From: a virus
Lineage: Duplodnaviria > Caudoviricetes
Virus record (IMG/VR): IMGVR_UViG_3300027563_000022
Coordinates: 1-33,895 of that record
Length of the DNA: 33,895 nucleotides
Strand: one strand, 5' to 3'
Shown: one piece after another, positions 19,751 through 26,984 of the stretch
Numbering within the stretch: position 1 is the first letter of the stretch
Layout: every line of letters begins with the position of its first letter
Made by a program: the position numbers and the translations under genes
The notes under the pieces: model-generated
Databases searched by the model: none
What the model saw: only the letters and a program-made list of their open reading frames with translations
What the model was told of the DNA's origin: nothing

Positions 19751-19791
19751 GTGTTTTATAAAAAGCAAAACTCTCACCTTAATGTTTATGG

Positions 19792-19917
19792 TTAGTTATT
19801 TGTTTTAATACCCTTAGAGCCACAACGTATACATATTTGATATGTTCTCATTGTGTAAGGACAAGAAGACTCTTCTATGTTATGACCTTTTACTGTACAT
19901 AAAAACTTTTTAATCAT
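19792..19917 (-). CDS. Small Cys/His protein (41 aa, DUF1660-like putative zinc binder)
   Basis: Not in the ORF track; MIKKFLCTVKGHNIEESSCPYTMRTYQICIRCGSKGIKTNN; start overlaps the end of the ferredoxin gene. Confidence 0.65.
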   Translation of the reverse strand: MIKKFLCTVKGHNIEESSCPYTMRTYQICIRCGSKGIKTNN

Positions 19918-20107
19918 TTATTACCTCAAAACTTATAGCCCTATTTGGGCAGTGTGCCTTTGCTTCTTCTACTTTTTCAAGAAGACTATCATCAGCCTTG
20001 TAAGACCATTTTTTTCTTTCACCGTCAACAAGGCTAAAAATTTCTGGTGCATCAAAAACACACTGACCCCATGCTTGGCAATCTTTATTAATTTTAATTT
20101 CAATCAT
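19910..20107 (-). CDS. Single-cluster ferredoxin, probably [3Fe-4S]
   Basis: 65 aa; 'CQAWGQCVFDAPEIF ... CPNRAI' matches the C-x2-X-x2-C...CP pattern of actinobacterial single-cluster ferredoxins. Confidence 0.85.
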   Translation of the reverse strand: MIEIKINKDCQAWGQCVFDAPEIFSLVDGERKKWSYKADDSLLEKVEEAKAHCPNRAISFEVIND

Positions 20108-20444
20108 TTTTATCTCCGTATGAATCTATTTGCTTTAATGCAGCAACAAGTTCTTCTTTTAGGTTATCAAAATTATTGAAGTCTGTATCTTCTATGTCTG
20201 ACTGTAGCACCCTAATCTTATTCTTAAGATTAATATACGCAGCAGAACTTTCTTGAAGCATTTTCTTTTTATTTTCATTTCTTTCTCTATCCATTGATTT
20301 TATTGTATTCCAATGTTTTGACCTATAAGAATCACGATCAACACGCAATTCTTTTATTGTCAGACTTGTATCTATATAATATTTATAAAAAACAAGAGCA
20401 AATATAGATATAAAAATTAAAAGAAAAATTATAAAAAATAGCAT
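20100..20444 (-). CDS. Membrane-anchored coiled-coil hypothetical protein
   Basis: N-terminal stretch of about 20 hydrophobic residues followed by a charged helical region. Confidence 0.65.
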   Translation of the reverse strand: MLFFIIFLLIFISIFALVFYKYYIDTSLTIKELRVDRDSYRSKHWNTIKSMDRERNENKKKMLQESSAAYINLKNKIRVLQSDIEDTDFNNFDNLKEELVAALKQIDSYGDKND

Positions 20445-20446
20445 AA

Positions 20447-20590
20447 CTATTCTGTCTTATTTGCTTCTAAATTAACTTCTACATCATCAGAAAATTTCAC
20501 AACTTCGCTGCAATAATCAACAAGAATCTCTGCAAGTTCGTTTGTAACAGTAAAATGAAACTTATCAGCAACTGTAATATTTCTACCCAT
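20447..20590 (-). CDS. Small hypothetical protein (47 aa)
   Basis: AGGAGG RBS before ATG 20590 (MGRNITVADK...). Confidence 0.6.
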   Translation of the reverse strand: MGRNITVADKFHFTVTNELAEILVDYCSEVVKFSDDVEVNLEANKTE

Positions 20591-20601
20591 TTTTTTACCT
20601 C

Positions 20602-21264
20602 CTATACCAATGGAATCCAGTGTTGTTCCCACTCTTTTGGAATTAACCTTAGTGGAATAACATCATATGCAATTGTAATTCTTGGACCATCCCAGTCCCA
20701 TTCACCCATAGCATGAGGGTGACCTGTTTCAGACAAGATAGCACGATTATTTTTATTGTGATTATCTATTTCTTTTTCAAAAACACGATAATGCGTAATT
20801 GATGGTTCTGCCTTTACACAGTAGTATCCGTGAAAATGTGGTGCACCTTCGCCACCATGTTCGTGCCAATCTAATTTTCCAATATGGCTATAATTTACAT
20901 TAAACCAGCCTTGGACCATAAACTGTTCTGAAATAAAATCAAGTTCATAGTGCTCGCAAGCATCTTTTGTCATATCACGAAGTGCACGAAATAGTGTGTG
21001 AATATTCTTATCATAAAATTGAAATACATTGTATTTATTCCAATTAACAGTAGTTACGCTTCCAGAAGAGTCCCAAGGGGTGTTGGAATTTGACTTACCC
21101 TTAATTAATTCTCCATCTTTGATTCGATTGTATTGCAGCAGCAAAAGTTGTTCAAGTTCTTCTAGATTGTTGATGTCAATCTGTCTCTCAAAAAACTTAT
21201 GATCTTTTTTTGATTTGCTGTTGCTTGGCTGTTGCGAATCACCATACTCATATTGCTTTTCCAT
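20602..21264 (-). CDS. Putative 2OG-Fe(II) oxygenase-fold protein (TIGR02466-like)
   Basis: 'QGWFNVN', 'WHEH', 'FHGYYCV', distal 'PHAM' and 'RITIAYD': HxH...H metal triad plus the Arg strand of a double-stranded beta-helix. Confidence 0.75.
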   Translation of the reverse strand: MEKQYEYGDSQQPSNSKSKKDHKFFERQIDINNLEELEQLLLLQYNRIKDGELIKGKSNSNTPWDSSGSVTTVNWNKYNVFQFYDKNIHTLFRALRDMTKDACEHYELDFISEQFMVQGWFNVNYSHIGKLDWHEHGGEGAPHFHGYYCVKAEPSITHYRVFEKEIDNHNKNNRAILSETGHPHAMGEWDWDGPRITIAYDVIPLRLIPKEWEQHWIPLV

Positions 21265-21272
21265 TTTTTATC

Positions 21273-22034
21273 CTATCTGTATTTTTTTCTAATCCATCTA
21301 TGTTTTTTATAAAAACCATAGAGATAATTTCTTTTTCTTTCGAGGTCCCAAATTCCCTCATTTTGTAATGAGTGGTCTACTTCCATTTGCCAATTTGCTC
21401 TTTTTATAGGAATAATTGACATTATTGGAGTTCCCTTTTCTATTGTTCCCTCAAAATCTTTCCGTAAGAAAAATGATACCACATTTCCCGTAAACCATCT
21501 ATCAGCATCTTGAATTGCGCTCATTGTAAAAAATGGTAGATCATATCTATCAATTGGATGGGTAATCAAGACTGACCAGCCCTCTGGCATTTTTGTTCCC
21601 CATCTCATGTCCCAAACAAAATGAATTGGATAGCATCCAGAAGGAACTGGAAGTTCTAGATGTCCTCTCATTTCAATAGGTCTTGCTTCAGATTCATCCC
21701 ACCAGACATCTGGCTTATCTGGATCATCAGTCTTTTTTACATGAATTGTAGTTGGTAGCAAATAGTGATAACCTGCAGTGATTGCATCAAAAAATGGCAT
21801 GCAGTGTTTAACACTAATAGATGCAGAGTCTGCACCACGATTATTCATCACTGAAAGTCTATCTATTTGATCAGTTAACTGATAAATTGGACGATCTTTC
21901 CACCAGTCTGGTAAATTATTTATTGCTGGAGATGGACCTGGTGTTGTGTCAATATATGCTGTAGAAGTATAAAATTGAAGTTTTAACTCTTCTAGTTCTG
22001 GTGTGTCTTTATATTTATCTTCAAACTTATCCAT
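21273..22034 (-). CDS. Conserved phage protein, DUF6065-like (possible dUTPase-like fold), paralog A
   Basis: 'LPDWWK...VKHCMPFFDAITAGY...HPIDRYDLPF...QDAD...GTPIMSIIPIKRANW'. Confidence 0.6.
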   Translation of the reverse strand: MDKFEDKYKDTPELEELKLQFYTSTAYIDTTPGPSPAINNLPDWWKDRPIYQLTDQIDRLSVMNNRGADSASISVKHCMPFFDAITAGYHYLLPTTIHVKKTDDPDKPDVWWDESEARPIEMRGHLELPVPSGCYPIHFVWDMRWGTKMPEGWSVLITHPIDRYDLPFFTMSAIQDADRWFTGNVVSFFLRKDFEGTIEKGTPIMSIIPIKRANWQMEVDHSLQNEGIWDLERKRNYLYGFYKKHRWIRKKYR

Positions 22035-22750
22035 TAGTTAAAAACCTTCTTTTCCCACATAATTCTTTTATATGCTCCGCCAAACTTATGTCTTAGTGAG
22101 TAAGTTATTTGATTAAAAACCTTTAAGTCTGGCTTTTCAAGTATGTTTGCTTCCCATTCTTCTCTTCTATATGGTATACATTGTACTAGTGGTGTTCCAG
22201 CCTCTATAACTCCTTTAAACCCTCTTTTAATTCTCATAGAGAATGGACCGTCAGAAACATACATATCTGTATCAATTATAGCAGGAACAATCTCAAAAGG
22301 TAGACTGGTATGAAAAGATGGCTGAACAAATAATGTACTTATACCTTTTTGTGTTCCTACTACCCACATTGGATGAATTCTAAAAATATCTTCCATCCAT
22401 TCTGTTTTATCAAAATCCCATCCTTCTACTTGCTCTTTAGCATGGACCGTAACTGATTCTTTATGTGCCTCGTGGACTTGATATTCTAATTTTGGACCAG
22501 TTGCATCTATATAAATATCACATGGTGTTTTTAGTAAATATCCAGTTGATAATAGATCTAAGATTCCTGGACATTTTTTTACAGTTTCATTATATTGACC
22601 ACTATATAGTTGTTTTTCACCATTTACATATGGGTGAACCTTTCTCCACCATGATGGTAAATTTTTTACCATTGGTTCTGGCTTAGATGTATATTCAATA
22701 ACATATTCGTTTTTTGGTATAAATGTAATTATATTCTTTTTATTTTTCAT
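22034..22750 (-). CDS. Conserved phage protein, DUF6065-like (possible dUTPase-like fold), paralog B
   Basis: 'LPSWWR...VKKCPGILDLLSTGY...LPF...IIDTD...GTPLVQCIPYRREEW'; likely ATG at 22750. Confidence 0.6.
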   Translation of the reverse strand: MKNKKNIITFIPKNEYVIEYTSKPEPMVKNLPSWWRKVHPYVNGEKQLYSGQYNETVKKCPGILDLLSTGYLLKTPCDIYIDATGPKLEYQVHEAHKESVTVHAKEQVEGWDFDKTEWMEDIFRIHPMWVVGTQKGISTLFVQPSFHTSLPFEIVPAIIDTDMYVSDGPFSMRIKRGFKGVIEAGTPLVQCIPYRREEWEANILEKPDLKVFNQITYSLRHKFGGAYKRIMWEKKVFN

Positions 22751-23489
22751 GATAGTCAACTTTCATATATAGAACTGTTGTGTCGTGCTTAATATAATGA
22801 AGATCTTTTTTTAGACCCTTTTTAAAAATTACTGGAACATCAATAACGCCTTCTGCATCTTTTGGCAACTCTTTAGTGTCAAACTTATATTCTTTAGTCT
22901 TCCAGTATACCATATCTTCATTTGTAAAAAATGTCAGGATTGCATCATCTTTTGGTAACCATCTAATTTTCCAATTATATATTCTTGGACACCACTCATC
23001 GTCTAACTCTTCTTCATCTACAACCATTTTTGAAGAATCTATATATTTATATAAAGTTCTAGTAATAAAAACAAATTCCATCAACTCTGCTTCTGAGCCA
23101 GACTCATATGTGTGAACAAATTGATTTTTATGTGGATATACATCAGCAGAAACATTTATTTTGTAAAGATTTTCTTCAATCTTTATTGGAGGCCGTACAA
23201 CCTCATGTGTCCATCTATTTTGCGGAACAAATACACTGTTTCCTTCTCGATAAATTCCATCCCAGTCTTCTTGTAAGGTAGCATATAGTTTCCCTAATTC
23301 GTTATCTTGATTTTCAGCATATACCCTTTCACTATATTTTCTAGTAAAAACGGCAATCTGAGGACTTATTGCATATGGCGTTGCAAGCCCTATCTTATCT
23401 TTATTAAGAGCAAGATGTTCGTCTGGAATTACAAGTTCTTCAGAATCCCATTCATCAGAATAATAATTATGATTTGGAACTCTAGCCAC
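22740..23489 (-). CDS. Hypothetical protein (249 aa)
   Basis: GTG start overlaps the stop of the Hint protein (TAGTG); no motif recognised with confidence. Confidence 0.7.
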   Translation of the reverse strand: MARVPNHNYYSDEWDSEELVIPDEHLALNKDKIGLATPYAISPQIAVFTRKYSERVYAENQDNELGKLYATLQEDWDGIYREGNSVFVPQNRWTHEVVRPPIKIEENLYKINVSADVYPHKNQFVHTYESGSEAELMEFVFITRTLYKYIDSSKMVVDEEELDDEWCPRIYNWKIRWLPKDDAILTFFTNEDMVYWKTKEYKFDTKELPKDAEGVIDVPVIFKKGLKKDLHYIKHDTTVLYMKVDYHEK

Positions 23490-24517
23490 TACTCTGGCTT
23501 TTCTACTCTGTCATAAACCAGTGCAGCATTTGTAAAGAACATGTCGTGAGGCTCACAGTTGATAGTAAATACTCTATCGATGAATGCAAGTTCGGTTGCT
23601 GATTCAACTGGAGACCAGTCAAGAGTTTGGAACTTGTATACCTCATATGTAGTATCTATATCAGAAGATTTTGTAAAACTGATTACATTATCTTTGCGAG
23701 TAAGTATCCAGTGATTTAAAGAATATATATCACCATTAATTTGTACAACCTTGTCTACAACCTTACTTGATATAGATGTAATTGTAGTTTCTGTAATACC
23801 ATTTCCAGATAAAGATTCTGATGACCATTCTAAAGGATTGAAGTTTGCCAGATCAATTTCAGCAATATCCAACGATACAAGTTTATCTCCAACCTTTAAT
23901 CTTTCGGCTGCAACTGCTCCATTTGGTGTTAATACTCCAGTATCTGCACCAATTGAATACCATCTTCCGAATCCACTAAACCCACCATATCCGTGACCGA
24001 ATCCATGGTAGAACCCACCATATCCGTGACCGAATGCATGGTAGAACGAGCCATATCCATGGCTGAATGAATGGTAGAACCCGCCATATCCGTGGCTAAA
24101 TCCATGGTAGAACCCATGATAGAAACCAGCATAGTGTGTAAACCCATGGTAGAAACCATGGTAGAACCCTGCATAGTGTGTAAATCCATGATAGAACCCA
24201 TGGTAGAAACCAGCATAATGCGTAAATCCGTGATAGAAACCATGGTAGAAACCTGCGTAGTGACTAAAACCAGGATATACGTAAATGTAATAGTTTATAC
24301 CAATTGTTGTTCCGTATGGAACGACTGTTCCAGGAGTGATATTCTGAGAATTCCATCTTTGGTCTAGTCCATTATCAGTAGTGTTAATTGATGACTCAGC
24401 ATAATACATACCAATACCTGATAGAAATGATTGATAAGAAGATCTTGAATACGAGGTGTCAAATGAAGGCACCTGCGCCTTTCTAATTGTTCTACCCTTA
24501 CTTCTTTGTAGTGCCAT
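23489..24517 (-). CDS. PASTA-like domain + His/Phe/Tyr/Gly repeat + C-terminal Hint domain protein
   Basis: aa ~15-80 are PASTA-like ('VPSF...SQNITPGTVVPYGTTI'); aa 83-187 are repeats; aa 188-342 are Hint-like ('SIGADTGVLTPNGAVAAERLKVGDKL', 'SLNH', 'VFTINCEPHDMFFTNAALVYD'); AGGAG RBS. Confidence 0.8.
   Translation of the reverse strand: MALQRSKGRTIRKAQVPSFDTSYSRSSYQSFLSGIGMYYAESSINTTDNGLDQRWNSQNITPGTVVPYGTTIGINYYIYVYPGFSHYAGFYHGFYHGFTHYAGFYHGFYHGFTHYAGFYHGFYHGFTHYAGFYHGFYHGFSHGYGGFYHSFSHGYGSFYHAFGHGYGGFYHGFGHGYGGFSGFGRWYSIGADTGVLTPNGAVAAERLKVGDKLVSLDIAEIDLANFNPLEWSSESLSGNGITETTITSISSKVVDKVVQINGDIYSLNHWILTRKDNVISFTKSSDIDTTYEVYKFQTLDWSPVESATELAFIDRVFTINCEPHDMFFTNAALVYDRVEKPE
23957..24271 (-). 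repeat. Coding tandem repeat: 4 x 42 bp (YAGFYHGFYHGF[T/S]H) then 3 x 33 bp (GYG[G/S]FYHxFxH)
   Basis: Read directly from the translation; 19 F-x-H triplets; copies differ mostly at synonymous positions. Confidence 0.95.
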
Positions 24518-24556
24518 TACATAATCTCCTTATATTCTTTTATTTTTTAATACTGG

Positions 24557-26404
24557 TTATGCTGACAAGTCGCCAAGTACCACGAAGGTATTTGCTGCTC
24601 GCTTTAAAACTGTTGCTGATGACCACTGTGCACGAAGTTTTAGTCCAGGAGTTGCATTTACTGTTACCCCTGATGCTCCTGCTACTGTTACTTGGCTTCC
24701 TGAAGTTTGAATTACATCTACGACTGCTCCGATTGGCCAGAAAGATGTATCTGAAGGAATAGTGAAAGTTCCTCCACCGCTCATTTCACGAACGTTTGAA
24801 ACATCTGCCTGTACTGCAGTGTGTGATCCGTTCATAACATTAATCGATGAAGAGTCAGTAGATACCTTTACCCAAGACCCTGCGTGTGCATAATACATTG
24901 CGCCTTCAGCATGTACGTGTGCCCAACGACCATGGTTTGATGATGCTGCTGGTAGTGCTGCTGCGTTATCATAGACTGGAATAGTGATTGTTGAGTATGA
25001 AAAATCACTAGTGTTAAGTTTATTTGATAGATTTGTTGTTACCGTTGTTGCAAAGTTGGCATCATTACCAAGTGAGGTAGCCAACTCATTAAGAGTATTT
25101 AGTGCTGCTGGTGCTGAAGCAACAAGGTCTGCTACTGCAGTTCCTACGAATGCTGTGGTTGCCACCTGTGTAGTACTTGTTCCCGCTGCTGCTGTTGGAG
25201 CACTTGGAACACCAGTAAATGTAGGTGAAGCAATGTTTGCTTTTAGAGCAATGGCTGTAGCAGATGTTGTAATTGCATCTGTCTTTGCATTGTCTGCATA
25301 TGACTTTGTTGCAAGATCTGCTGTATTTGCAATACCGTGAACATTTGTAGTTCCAGCAATGTGAGTTTCCCCTGTTGTTGCTTGTGACTTTAATGTAATA
25401 ATATCTGCCTCTGCAGTATTTGCTTTTGTTGTTACTGATCCTAGATCTGTTTCTACTTCAGAAAGGCTTGTTTGAATGCTAGAAACGCTTGACTCTAGTG
25501 CTGCAACATCTGCATCTGTTCCATTTAATGATGTATCTAGTTCTGTTATTGACTGAGTATTTGCTGCAACAGAAGTTTGAAGACTTGCAATATCTGCATC
25601 TGCTGCATCTAATGACTCTCCTAGGCCTGTTATTGACTGAGTGTTTCCTGAAACAGAAGTTTGAAGATTTGAAATACTTGTTGAGTTTGCTGTTACTTGA
25701 GATGAAACAGTTTCTAGTGTTGAAGTAACTGACTGAATATTAGAATTTGATGCATTAAGATCTGTGTCTAGATTTTCCAATCTTTCTTCGTTTGTTTCTT
25801 GATTAGCGTTAACTGTAGATATAAGATTTGTTACTGTTGTAGACAAACCAGAAACGTTTTGATTTGTTGCTGTTATTTTTGTATGTACAAATTCTGTTGT
25901 TGCTGCTTTGGTAGAATTGTCTGAGCCATCAACTGCTGGAAGTGTAACTGTTCCAGTAAATGTTGGATTAGCCTTTGGAGCCTTTAGGTCTAAACCTGCA
26001 GCAACTGTGTTAGCATAATTTGGGTCATTATTAAATGCTGCTGAAATTTCATTTAGAGTATCTAGGGCTGCTGGTGCGGCTCCTACAATTGTTGCAATTC
26101 TTCCATTGATAAGGCTTCCAATGTGTGCTTCTGGAAGTTGTGCTGTTGGTATAGTACCATTTGAATCTAGTGCTGCTACTCCATTTGCTACACCAATCTT
26201 TGTGTCCTTAACAAAACCATCTACGTCGATGTCAAGGCCGTCTAGGTTAATGAAGTACTTAAGGAGAGACCAAGTGTTTGTGCCATCACCAATCTTAAAC
26301 TTGTTGCTATCGGTTTCAAATCCAATTTCTCCTGCTGCTAGAACTGGGTTTGCAGCGGTCCATTGGGCTGCTAATCCTCTACGCTGTTGCATTCTTGTTG
26401 CCAT
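24557..26404 (-). CDS. Tail fibre / virion fibre protein with Mtd_N-like N-terminus and coiled-coil shaft
   Basis: 'MATRMQQRRGLAAQW...GEIGFETDSNKFKIGDG' (Mtd_N-like); two 'APAALxTLNE' and two 'PTFTG' fibre motifs; heptad shaft; C-terminal 'LRAQWSSATVLKRAANTFVVLGDLSA'. Confidence 0.8.
   Translation of the reverse strand: MATRMQQRRGLAAQWTAANPVLAAGEIGFETDSNKFKIGDGTNTWSLLKYFINLDGLDIDVDGFVKDTKIGVANGVAALDSNGTIPTAQLPEAHIGSLINGRIATIVGAAPAALDTLNEISAAFNNDPNYANTVAAGLDLKAPKANPTFTGTVTLPAVDGSDNSTKAATTEFVHTKITATNQNVSGLSTTVTNLISTVNANQETNEERLENLDTDLNASNSNIQSVTSTLETVSSQVTANSTSISNLQTSVSGNTQSITGLGESLDAADADIASLQTSVAANTQSITELDTSLNGTDADVAALESSVSSIQTSLSEVETDLGSVTTKANTAEADIITLKSQATTGETHIAGTTNVHGIANTADLATKSYADNAKTDAITTSATAIALKANIASPTFTGVPSAPTAAAGTSTTQVATTAFVGTAVADLVASAPAALNTLNELATSLGNDANFATTVTTNLSNKLNTSDFSYSTITIPVYDNAAALPAASSNHGRWAHVHAEGAMYYAHAGSWVKVSTDSSSINVMNGSHTAVQADVSNVREMSGGGTFTIPSDTSFWPIGAVVDVIQTSGSQVTVAGASGVTVNATPGLKLRAQWSSATVLKRAANTFVVLGDLSA
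25505..25675 (-). repeat. Imperfect 84-bp (28-aa, four-heptad) duplication in the fibre shaft
   Basis: ISNLQTSVSGNTQSITGLGESLDAADAD / IASLQTSVAANTQSITELDTSLNGTDAD; boundaries approximate. Confidence 0.8.
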
Positions 26405-26446
26405 TTTTAACTCTCCTTATGGGGTCTGCCCATGAATTTATACCTA

Positions 26447-26455
26447 ATTATAACA
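26447..26455 (-). promoter_or_regulatory. Extended -10 promoter TGTTATAAT
   Basis: Upstream of the 615-aa fibre gene (AAGGAG RBS); probably also drives the downstream Hint/enzyme cluster. Confidence 0.7.
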
Positions 26456-26463
26456 TCAATATT

Positions 26464-26919
26464 TTAATTGAAATTATCTACCGCTGATCCACCGTCAAGA
26501 GTGATTGCAAACACTGATGTGTCTGCTCCTCCACCATCAACAGATGAACCTTGTGGGCTATTGAAACTTCCGCCTTCACGGAATGTTGTAACAATAAACC
26601 CTGTGCCATCGATTGCTGTATCGTGAATATGCTGTGGCAAATTCAAGGTGTCATCAATTGATGCCAATGTCATCCAAGTTGTATCTTTGTAAACATTAAC
26701 TCTGTTGGTTAATGAGTCAAACCATAGTTGTCCATCTATTGGTTGAGAGGGAGCGGAAGTTCCTACTGGCATTGCGCCTGTTAGAGAGTCTACATACTCC
26801 TTAGTTGCTGCATGTGAAGCAAGAGTTGGATCTCCTACTGTTACTGCACCTCCGAATGTACCGCCGTTAGATACGACTAACCCATTCTTTACCTTGAAGT
26901 CTTTATCGACTGTTGCCAT
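26464..26919 (-). CDS. Small virion/fibre connector protein
   Basis: N-terminal 'KDFKVKNGL', 'AATKEYVD', 'GQLWFDS' and C-terminal DGG motifs typical of phage fibre components. Confidence 0.65.
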   Translation of the reverse strand: MATVDKDFKVKNGLVVSNGGTFGGAVTVGDPTLASHAATKEYVDSLTGAMPVGTSAPSQPIDGQLWFDSLTNRVNVYKDTTWMTLASIDDTLNLPQHIHDTAIDGTGFIVTTFREGGSFNSPQGSSVDGGGADTSVFAITLDGGSAVDNFN

Positions 26920-26984
26920 TTACTTCTCCTCTGTACCACTTTTTTGTGGGGGATTTTGAAAGGATCCCCCTAACCTTTAGTTAA

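Noticed and set aside
19708-19791. Cobalamin riboswitch upstream of nrdJ
   Set aside because: The gap is only ~84 nt with a promoter ~35 nt from the start codon; it is too short and I saw no B12-box.
23489-23956. Mobile intein
   Set aside because: No homing endonuclease, no His-Asn-[C/S/T] junction and essentially no C-extein; better treated as a stand-alone Hint domain.
23957-24271. Regularly spaced DNA repeats resembling a CRISPR array
   Set aside because: No unique spacers; unit lengths are multiples of 3, variation is mostly synonymous, and the repeat lies in frame within a CDS.
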